Below are positions 17,142-24,778 of a stretch of 30,949 nucleotides of DNA, in pieces (the stretch's first letter is position 1; each line of letters begins with the position of its first letter). The DNA comes from Clostridia bacterium. Lineage in GTDB: Bacteria > Bacillota > Clostridia > Christensenellales > QALW01. The stretch lies in the NCBI GenBank assembly GCA_045653985.1, contig JAZOMK010000134.1, positions 1 through 30,949 on the forward strand. The letters run 5' to 3'. The position numbers and the translations under genes were made by a program. The notes beneath the pieces are model-generated. The model did not search any database. It had not been told where the DNA came from and saw nothing but the letters and a program-made list of their open reading frames with translations.

Positions 17142-17894
17142 ATGAAAAAAATAATTTTAACATCACTTTTAATATTGGCTTTATGCCTTTGCGCTTGCGG
17201 AAATGATACAACTGCAGAACCCACAGTAACACCTGAAAATACTGCAAATTCAGGTGTTATGGTAAAAGAAACACCTGTTGCTGATAATAACGAAGGCGAA
17301 ACTGCAACTGCAGAACCCACAGCAACACCGGAACCTACACCTGAACCAACTCCCGCACCTCGCGAAGAAGATGACCTTACTGATAACCTTGTTCCTGAAA
17401 AGGATGCAACCTTTGAAGGCATTACTGCTTATGAAGAAACAGCTTGGGAAAATGTTTGGTCAGGCTCATATAAGGTTGTTGAGGGTTATGCAGGGCAGGG
17501 CCTTGAGTTTACTCCTCAGGTTGGTATGAACTATTGCTCTGCTTCATACAATATCTGTCCTTTAATTACTGAAGCAGGGGAGTATGAGGTTTCGTTTAGA
17601 ATTAAGTACGTAGGCAACGTTAAAGCAATGCCTAATAAGCCTGCAGGTGTCCTTATCAGAGGCGGCAAGAACTATTCAAACTCATTTATTCTTGAGCAGC
17701 CAAGCGGAAATGCCTATGTTAGATTTAATTATAATGTTGAGGGCGATTTGGGCGATTGGCAGAAAATAACGTTCTTGTTTACTTGCGAAGAGGAAGATAT
17801 CAGCGCAGATGCAATCTGGCGTGTTTGCTTAGAACAAATTGATTCAAACGTTACATCATTCGTTATTGACAATTTCTGTGTAAGAATGGCTTAA
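17142..17894 (+). CDS. Lipoprotein with PT/PE linker and one CBM-like domain, 250 aa
   Basis: Lipobox LCLCAC-G; linker ATAEPTATPEPTPEPTP; domain 'NLVPEKDATFEG...NICPLITEAGEYEVSFRIK...WQKITF...WRV' resembles the middle domain of 3625-6936 and the type-B modules. Confidence 0.75.
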   Translation: MKKIILTSLLILALCLCACGNDTTAEPTVTPENTANSGVMVKETPVADNNEGETATAEPTATPEPTPEPTPAPREEDDLTDNLVPEKDATFEGITAYEETAWENVWSGSYKVVEGYAGQGLEFTPQVGMNYCSASYNICPLITEAGEYEVSFRIKYVGNVKAMPNKPAGVLIRGGKNYSNSFILEQPSGNAYVRFNYNVEGDLGDWQKITFLFTCEEEDISADAIWRVCLEQIDSNVTSFVIDNFCVRMA

Positions 17895-17898
17895 TTTT

Positions 17899-20091
17899 AT
17901 GAAAAAATACTTTGAATGTGCTGAAAAAGTAGAAAAAGAATATATATGTCCGCATTTTATTGAAGAAAGCGGACTTTCAAAAGACGAACTTGTAAAAGGC
18001 CTTGAGGAGATATACAATACGTATATTAAAACGGAGTCAATGATGCTTGTGCGTGCAAGAATGATTAAGTTCATTCTTGCAAATGCACAAATTCAGATAG
18101 ACCCTTATAATCCTTTTGCTGATAGAATAAATGAGGGTACAACGTATAATGCTTACGCTGATTGGGATGGCGTAGGTGAAATCTTGTTGCGCAATACTAT
18201 GCGTCCAAGAGTACTTGAAAAGCATATTCCCGAGCTTTTTGAAAAAAGAAATATTGCATACAGTATTGGCTGCATGACTGCTGATGCTGATTATTGGCAT
18301 ACCGTACCTTGCTGGCACGATATTTTATCACTTGGCTTTGTTGGCTTGCTTGAACGAGCAAAACAAGCAAGGGAAAAAAATGATTTAACAAAAGAACAAT
18401 ATGATTTTTATGATTCGGTAATTATAACTTACGAGGCTATTATTGATTACATAAAAAGATTATATGAAATTTCAAAAAACTATGATATTTCCGAATATAC
18501 GAATGCTTTGAAAAATATTGCTTCTAAAAAACCGGAAACACTTTACGAAGCATTGCTTACCGTATATTTATATACCACCATTGAAGAAATAGGTTGCGAA
18601 CGTGCAAGATGTCTGGGTAGAATCGATATTCATTATTATCCTTTTTATGTAAATGATTTAAAAACGGGTAAAAGTGAAGAAGATATAAAGGAACTGTTCA
18701 GATTCTTTTTCGGTAAATTTCATGCGGCACGCAGGTATGCAAATCAGCCTTTAGACCTTTGCGGCGTTGATGTTTACGGCATTAAAGGAGAAAATGAACT
18801 TACCTGGCTGATTCTGGACGTTTGGAATGAACTTGGCTTTGATAACCCAAAAGTACATATACATTGCCATAATGGTATGGATGAAAAAATCATTCCGTAC
18901 TGTATGAATCTTATACGTGATGGCAAAAACTCAATTGTATTTGTCAATGATGAAACAGTATTTAAGGCGTATGATAAAATCGGTATAAGTCAGGAAGAAT
19001 CACGATTGTATGAAGTTCTTGGCTGTTATGAACCCATTATACCGGGTGTGGAAGAACCTTGTATAGGCGGTTCGTGGCTGAATATGGCCAAGGCTATGGA
19101 GTTTTTATTTACCGGTGGTAAGGATAAAATTACGGGATATCAATTCAGCGTATCTACACCGGATACTTTTGAAACATTTGAAGATTTTTACAATGGTTAT
19201 TTAACTCAGCTTGATTATCTTGTTGACTTTGCAAAAAGCTATATTGAAATAAATTCAAGTTATAATATGCAAATAAATCCTTCACCTGTTTATTCAGCAT
19301 CAAGCTCGTATTGCATCGAAAAAGGCAAGGATATATTCAACAAAGGAGCAAAGTACACAAACACTTCAGTAAAATGCTTTGGTATTGGTACGGTTGTTGA
19401 TTCAATTTACGCGGTTAAAAAATATGTTTTTGATGAAAAAAGAATAAGCTTTTCCGAAATGAGAAAAGCTGTTCTCTCAAATTGGAACGGATATGAAGCT
19501 TTGCGGATTGAAATCAGTCGTGATAAAGAAAAATATGGCTGTGGAAATGAAAAAGTAGATAATATTGCAAAAGCAATTTATAAACATCTTTCAAAAAGTC
19601 TTACGGGTAGAAGGAACGGTAGAGAAGGTGTATGGCGAATGGGGGGAGACTCCATTGATTACTCCTTATCCTTTGGTGCTAAAGTGGCGGCAACACCTGA
19701 TGGAAGGTTTGATAAAGAAGCTTTATCAAAAAATCTTTGTGCTACTTTGGGTAAAGATATAAATGGTATAACGGCACTTATTCGTTCAGCAACAACTATT
19801 GACCATACTGATTTTTGTGATGGTATCGTACTTGATTTCTTGCTTCATCCAAGTGCTGTTTCAGGCGAAGATGGTCTTGCAGCAATGTGTGGACTGCTAA
19901 AGGTATATTTTGCACGTGGTGGACTTGCTTTGCAAGGAAATGTTTTCAGTACGGAAGATTTAATTGATGCACAAAAGAATCCCGGCAAATATCCTAGTCT
20001 CCAAGTACGTGTCTGTGGTTGGAATGAGTATTTTGACCGTATGAGTAAGGAAATGCAAGATTTCTTTATTGCACAACTGAAATCAGAATGA
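17899..20091 (+). CDS. Glycyl radical enzyme (PFL-like family), 730 aa; substrate unknown
   Basis: Cys loop 'GCYEP' (19021-19035); C-terminal glycyl radical domain 'AQKNPGKYPSLQVRVCGWNEYF' (RVCGW at 20008-20022); 'ATPDGR...LSKN', 'KYGCG...VD'. Confidence 0.92.
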   Translation: MKKYFECAEKVEKEYICPHFIEESGLSKDELVKGLEEIYNTYIKTESMMLVRARMIKFILANAQIQIDPYNPFADRINEGTTYNAYADWDGVGEILLRNTMRPRVLEKHIPELFEKRNIAYSIGCMTADADYWHTVPCWHDILSLGFVGLLERAKQAREKNDLTKEQYDFYDSVIITYEAIIDYIKRLYEISKNYDISEYTNALKNIASKKPETLYEALLTVYLYTTIEEIGCERARCLGRIDIHYYPFYVNDLKTGKSEEDIKELFRFFFGKFHAARRYANQPLDLCGVDVYGIKGENELTWLILDVWNELGFDNPKVHIHCHNGMDEKIIPYCMNLIRDGKNSIVFVNDETVFKAYDKIGISQEESRLYEVLGCYEPIIPGVEEPCIGGSWLNMAKAMEFLFTGGKDKITGYQFSVSTPDTFETFEDFYNGYLTQLDYLVDFAKSYIEINSSYNMQINPSPVYSASSSYCIEKGKDIFNKGAKYTNTSVKCFGIGTVVDSIYAVKKYVFDEKRISFSEMRKAVLSNWNGYEALRIEISRDKEKYGCGNEKVDNIAKAIYKHLSKSLTGRRNGREGVWRMGGDSIDYSLSFGAKVAATPDGRFDKEALSKNLCATLGKDINGITALIRSATTIDHTDFCDGIVLDFLLHPSAVSGEDGLAAMCGLLKVYFARGGLALQGNVFSTEDLIDAQKNPGKYPSLQVRVCGWNEYFDRMSKEMQDFFIAQLKSE

Positions 20092-20102
20092 GAGGACTTT
20101 AA

Positions 20103-21887
20103 ATGAAAAAAATATTAAGCGCAATACTTTTGATGGTAATGCTTTTTGCATATACCGCTTGTGGTAATAACGAAGAAGAACAACCTAAAGAAGAGCTTAT
20201 CAAGGCGGGGGAAGTTAATTTTCTTACTGAAACATGGGTGTGCACTGAGCTTACTTTTCAGTCGTTAAAAGAATATAACAACGGCAAGCAGTTTGAAGTT
20301 GTAATGGATGCCGTTTTTACAAACAGAACAACGGGAACAACACTTACCATACCTGCGTTCTGGGATGGCGGAAATATTTTTAAAGTTCGTTTTGCACCTA
20401 CAGAAAAGGGCATTTGGGATTTTAAAACTATCTGCGAAAGTGATGATAGTCTTCACGATTTTTCAGGTACCGTCGGTGCAAATCCATATAGTGGTGAACT
20501 TGATATCTACAAGCACGGCTTTGTAACTGTTGAAGCAGGTAAAAAATATTTTGTTTATGCTGACGGCACACCATTCTTCTATTTGGGTGATACCCATTGG
20601 AATATGTTTGGTGAAGAATTTGATTCAGCAGGACCTTATGCTGGCGATTTACAAACGGATTCTCATTTCAAATATATTGTTGATAAACGTGTTGAACAGG
20701 GATATACAGTATATCAAAGCCAGCCCGGAGATACACCCTATTCGGTAGAATCAGGCTTCAACGAAAAGGATATTGAAGGCTTTAAGGAAGCCGATAAGTA
20801 TTTTCAATATATTGCTGAAAAAGGGCTTGTTCACGCAAACTCGCAGTTCTTTTTTACAAGCACTATGACGAGAATTCTCGGCAGAAAAACAGAATATATT
20901 GAAAATCTCTCACGTTATTGGGTTGCACGCTTTGGAGCATATCCCGTAATGTGGACTCTTGCACAGGAAATGGATAATGATTTCCTTGTGGAAAATAACA
21001 ATAATAATGATTGGGATTATACCAATAATCCTTGGGTTCAGGTAGCAGAATATATCAATAAATATGATGCATATAATCATCCCCTTACGGGGCACCAGGA
21101 AAATGCAAAAAGAACCACAATAAACGGAATGGCGGCAGGCTATGACCCAACTGTTGCTTCTGATAATAATGGCGTTTCACTTTTTGCTACGAAAGAAGCT
21201 TCAGAAAAAGCGGGGCATAACTGGTGGGGCGCTCAGTGGCAACCATCCCTTGATGGAAAATTGCAGCTTGGCGACTTTGGCGTAGCAAAAGAATATTGGA
21301 TGTCGGAAAAACCTGCTGTTATGTATGAATCCCGTTATGACAGACTTTGGACTATGGAATTTGGTGCCCGCGCACAAGGTTGGATTGCATATCTTAACGG
21401 TATGTACGGCTATGGCTACGGTGCACAGGATATCTGGGCATACGATAATGATTTCTTAAAAGATACTTCTTGGTCAGATGGTGTAGAAACGGTTACGGTT
21501 GAAGACCATCAGATGCGTTGGTCGGAAAGCATAGAATTACCTTCAGGTTATCAGGTGGGCTATATGCGCCAATTCTTTGAAAAGCTTGAATGGCATAAGT
21601 TAGTGCCAACCTTTAACAGCGAAACTTATTTTAAGCCAAACAAACTTGAAACAAACCTCTATGCCTGTGCAACTGATGAAAACAACGTTTACGTTGTATA
21701 TTTCTACAGTAAGCATATGCGTACGGGCACTATACAGAGACTTGATGCCAACGCAACTTATACGGCAACATGGTACAACCCAAGAACAAACGAATATACG
21801 AAAATAGAAGAATTTGAAGGCGAATACTACGAGGTTCCGTTAAGACCGGACCGCGAAGATTGGGTATTGCTTGTTACAAAAAATTAG
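20103..21887 (+). CDS. Lipoprotein DUF5060 + DUF4038 (GH140/apiosidase-like) + C-terminal beta domain, 594 aa
   Basis: Lipobox FAYTAC-G; 'IPAFWDGGNIFKVRFAPTEKGIWDFKT', 'TPFFYLGDTHW', 'YWVARFGAYPVMWTLAQEMDND', 'VMYESRY', 'YGYGAQDIW'. Confidence 0.8.
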   Translation: MKKILSAILLMVMLFAYTACGNNEEEQPKEELIKAGEVNFLTETWVCTELTFQSLKEYNNGKQFEVVMDAVFTNRTTGTTLTIPAFWDGGNIFKVRFAPTEKGIWDFKTICESDDSLHDFSGTVGANPYSGELDIYKHGFVTVEAGKKYFVYADGTPFFYLGDTHWNMFGEEFDSAGPYAGDLQTDSHFKYIVDKRVEQGYTVYQSQPGDTPYSVESGFNEKDIEGFKEADKYFQYIAEKGLVHANSQFFFTSTMTRILGRKTEYIENLSRYWVARFGAYPVMWTLAQEMDNDFLVENNNNNDWDYTNNPWVQVAEYINKYDAYNHPLTGHQENAKRTTINGMAAGYDPTVASDNNGVSLFATKEASEKAGHNWWGAQWQPSLDGKLQLGDFGVAKEYWMSEKPAVMYESRYDRLWTMEFGARAQGWIAYLNGMYGYGYGAQDIWAYDNDFLKDTSWSDGVETVTVEDHQMRWSESIELPSGYQVGYMRQFFEKLEWHKLVPTFNSETYFKPNKLETNLYACATDENNVYVVYFYSKHMRTGTIQRLDANATYTATWYNPRTNEYTKIEEFEGEYYEVPLRPDREDWVLLVTKN

Positions 21888-21896
21888 GAGAATAAT

Positions 21897-23609
21897 ATGA
21901 GGAAATTCAGTGCAGAGTGTTGGGTTGCCTGCGAAATTGATTTTGAATCATCGATGATTTATGATAATGCAGAACAATTCAATGTAATGCTTGATGTGGT
22001 GTTTACCCATTCTGATGGAACTGAGATGAAAATACCTGCCTTCTGGTATGAAAAAAATACGTTTAAGGTCAGATTTGCACCTACCAAAGAAGGTCGTTGG
22101 CTTTTTAAGACTATGTGCAAAACTGATTCATCACTTAATAATATTTGCGGCGAAGTAGATGCACAAAAATATTCAGGTGAGCTTGAAATATATAAGCATG
22201 GCTTTGTTAAGAATAACGGCAATAAATTTTTTGTTTATGATGATAATTCTCCATTTTTCTATCTTGGCGATACTCATTGGGGAATGTATGGTGAGGAATT
22301 AGATTCCTTGGGGGAATATGCCGGGTATATAAAAAGCTTTTCTGAATATAACGGTACTGACTCTCATTTTAAATATATTGTTGACAGAAGAGTTAAACAA
22401 GGCTTTACCGTATATCAAAGCGAACCGGGCGGTAGAATTCTTTATAACCTTAAAGACGGCGTTGATGAAAATGATATTGAGGGTTTTAAAGAAGCAGACA
22501 GATATTTTTCATACATAGCAGAAAAAGGTTTGGTTCATGCAAATGCGCAGTTTTTCTATATTTCAAATATGGTGCCTGAAATTTATGAAGATACTGAGTA
22601 TCTTGAAAAATTAACAAGGCTATGGGTTGCAAGATATTCGGCATATCCTGTTTTATGGACTCTTGCCCAGGAAGCGGATAATGATTTTTATGCTGAGCGT
22701 ACTCCAAATGCTCAATGGAATTATATGAATAATCCATGGATTCTTGTTGCTAAGTACATACATAAATATGATGCCTATAAACATCCGTTAACTTGTCATC
22801 AGGAAAATACTAACTTTACCACTGTAACCGGCAGAGGTACATCAGGAGATAAAGGCATAAAACCCGATAATGAAGGACGCTCTCTTTTTGCTTCTAAAGA
22901 GATAAGCAAAAAAACGGGGCATAATTGGTGGGGAGTACAATGGCAACCTTATTTGGGCAATTACGTTGAAACGGGACTTAACCACTCAAGTGAGTTTGAA
23001 CAAGAAATAATAAATGATTATTGGCAAAGTGAAAAAATTTCTGTTCTTTATGAATCTCGTTATGATTGTATGTGGACAATGGAGTTTGGTGCCCGTGCAC
23101 AAGGCTGGATTGCATATCTTAACGGCTTTTATGGCTATGGTTACGGTGCACAGGATATTTGGGCATACAATAATGATTTTATGAAGCGTGGCTTGTGGGA
23201 TGACGGATATGAATATGTTATCCAATTAGCAAAATACATTACGTGGCCACAAGCAGTTGAACTTCCGTCAGCAAAACAAATGGGAATAATGAGAAAGTTC
23301 TTCGAAGAAAATGAATGGCACAAGTTGATTCCTGACTTCAAAAATCAAAATCACTTTATTCCTGATGAAACAGAAGAAAATTTATATGCCGTTTCAACTA
23401 ATAATTCCGAAAAAATAGTAGTTTATCTGTACGGCAAAAATACTTTAACAGGTAAGCTTAAAGGTCTTGAAGGTACTTATGAGATATCGTGGTTTGACGT
23501 AAGAAGTGGTAAATATATAAAAATTGGAACTACATCTGCCACGGAATATGAACTGCCTCAAAGACCGGACAATAATGACTGGGTAGTTTTAGCCCAAAAA
23601 ATAATTTAA
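21897..23609 (+). CDS. DUF5060 + DUF4038 (GH140/apiosidase-like) paralog without signal peptide, 570 aa
   Basis: Same motifs as the upstream paralog ('IPAFW....FKVRFAPT.EG.W', 'PFFYLGDTHW', 'WTLAQE.DND', 'YESRY'); N-terminus MRKFSAECWVACEIDF has no hydrophobic signal. Confidence 0.8.
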   Translation: MRKFSAECWVACEIDFESSMIYDNAEQFNVMLDVVFTHSDGTEMKIPAFWYEKNTFKVRFAPTKEGRWLFKTMCKTDSSLNNICGEVDAQKYSGELEIYKHGFVKNNGNKFFVYDDNSPFFYLGDTHWGMYGEELDSLGEYAGYIKSFSEYNGTDSHFKYIVDRRVKQGFTVYQSEPGGRILYNLKDGVDENDIEGFKEADRYFSYIAEKGLVHANAQFFYISNMVPEIYEDTEYLEKLTRLWVARYSAYPVLWTLAQEADNDFYAERTPNAQWNYMNNPWILVAKYIHKYDAYKHPLTCHQENTNFTTVTGRGTSGDKGIKPDNEGRSLFASKEISKKTGHNWWGVQWQPYLGNYVETGLNHSSEFEQEIINDYWQSEKISVLYESRYDCMWTMEFGARAQGWIAYLNGFYGYGYGAQDIWAYNNDFMKRGLWDDGYEYVIQLAKYITWPQAVELPSAKQMGIMRKFFEENEWHKLIPDFKNQNHFIPDETEENLYAVSTNNSEKIVVYLYGKNTLTGKLKGLEGTYEISWFDVRSGKYIKIGTTSATEYELPQRPDNNDWVVLAQKII

Positions 23610-23732
23610 AAAGATATTTTCTAAGCGGTATTTATCAATATTTTCCTTTCTTTATTTGTTGTAAAACCGCATAGCTACGCCTCCTCTTCCCCGAATTTTT
23701 TCATGAGGAGGTGCCGTGCTTTTGGAAATAAT

Positions 23733-23770
23733 AAAAATAGACGCACTTTTTTATAAGTGCGTCTTATTTT
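23733..23770 (+). terminator. Intrinsic terminator (probably bidirectional) after the DUF4038 operon
   Basis: AAAATAGACGCACTT...AAGTGCGTCTTATTTT inverted repeat. Confidence 0.75.
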
Positions 23771-23801
23771 ATGGCCTTTAAGAAGATGTTTAAGATAATA
23801 G

Positions 23802-23830
23802 AGGCTGTTGATGGGAAGCCTCAACAACCT
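23802..23830 (-). terminator. Hairpin just downstream of the second araC
   Basis: AGGCTGTTGA-tgggaagcc-TCAACAACCT near-perfect stem adjacent to the stop codon at 23831. Confidence 0.5.
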
Positions 23831-24637
23831 TTATAACGTGTTTCGTTGAGATTTGGGTGATTGTCCGAATTTCTTTTTGTAATCTTTTATAAAGAAGGAG
23901 GTACTGTTATATCCGCATTTTTCTGCAATGTCGGTAATGGTTAAGTCTGTGTACAAAACTAAATCGGCACCGTAAGTCAACCTTAAATCTTTGAGCATTT
24001 CAAAAGGCGTTATGCCGTATTTCTTTTTGAATTTTCTGACAAAATAACTTTTTTCAAGATGGACTGAAGCGGCAATATCATTTAGCGTTAAATGATGGGA
24101 GAGATTTTGTTTTATAAAGGTTAAAGCTTCGTCGGTTTCGCAAGAAGCCTCTCGTATTTTAGAGGCTTTTTGCGAATGTATTTCAGCATTGATGCGAAAA
24201 AGTAATTCTAAAAAGAGTTCGTGTGCCATAGGGGAGTTTATATCTGTTAAGGTGTAAAATTCGGAATATATTTTTTTAATCTCGCTATTGTTTTTTGCGT
24301 TTATTGTTGGCGGAAGCGAATCTATTAAAAAATGTGAAAAATCAGGATGAATACTACCTGATATATTTCTATTATAGCCGTTGATGTGACTTTTGTTTGA
24401 AAATGCAACAGTAAGCAAAAATGTATCTTGAGGGCCTTTTGTCCACACAACTTGCCCTGGTTTACGAAAGCAAATGGAACCATATTCCACAGGAAAACTT
24501 TTATCATTAAGGAACATAGTGCGGCCTGAACCAACTTCAAAATCTATTTCGTAGTCCTTGACCACTCTTTTGAATCTTTGCTGCATGGTGTTTTTTTGTG
24601 AAGCAAATCTTCGACATTCAAGTATTGTAAATTCCAT
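23831..24637 (-). CDS. AraC/XylS family transcriptional regulator, 268 aa (start moved to ATG 24637)
   Basis: 'LTLNDIAASVHLEKSYFVRKFKKKYGITPFEMLKDLRL..GA.L...TDLTITDIAEKCGYNSTSFFIKDYKKKFGQSP'; the ORF-track GTG lies inside the RBS GAGGTG. Confidence 0.93.
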   Translation of the reverse strand: MEFTILECRRFASQKNTMQQRFKRVVKDYEIDFEVGSGRTMFLNDKSFPVEYGSICFRKPGQVVWTKGPQDTFLLTVAFSNKSHINGYNRNISGSIHPDFSHFLIDSLPPTINAKNNSEIKKIYSEFYTLTDINSPMAHELFLELLFRINAEIHSQKASKIREASCETDEALTFIKQNLSHHLTLNDIAASVHLEKSYFVRKFKKKYGITPFEMLKDLRLTYGADLVLYTDLTITDIAEKCGYNSTSFFIKDYKKKFGQSPKSQRNTL

Positions 24638-24658
24638 AAAAATTATCACCTCTTATTC

Positions 24659-24687
24659 AGTATACCGTCGGGCGGTTAAAAAGTCAA
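24659..24687 (-). promoter_or_regulatory. SigA promoter of the second araC
   Basis: Minus strand TTGACT (24682-24687), 17 bp, TATACT (24659-24664). Confidence 0.7.
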
Positions 24688-24745
24688 TATAATTATATAA
24701 AAAGTCTATATATCGCCTTGAAATATCAAGAAATAGTAATATAAT
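24678..24745 (+). promoter_or_regulatory. Promoter of the GH-SGNH-SMP30-SDR-uxuA operon, with 21-bp-period direct repeats (likely AraC sites)
   Basis: AAAAAGTCAATATA (24678-24691) and AAAAAGTCTATATA (24699-24712), then TTGAAA (24718-24723), 16 bp, TATAAT (24740-24745). Confidence 0.65.
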
Positions 24746-24778
24746 TATATTAAAAGATAGCGAAAGGATTTTTTTGTT

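Noticed and set aside
10711-17422. Minus-strand ORFs rich in G/V (10711-10992, 11377-11616, 14147-14740, 14407-14679, 17102-17422)
   Set aside because: Antisense shadows of Pro/Thr linkers and repeated modules; no RBS or family motif.
17899-20091. Calling the GRE pyruvate formate-lyase (pflB)
   Set aside because: It has a single Cys (GCYEP), not the adjacent Cys-Cys pair of PFL, and no neighbouring pflA.
3625-23609. Definite RG-II or apiose utilisation locus
   Set aside because: Only the GH140-like family resemblance points that way. No recognisable apiose isomerase, kinase or transketolase and no other RG-II enzymes are present, so the substrate is left open.
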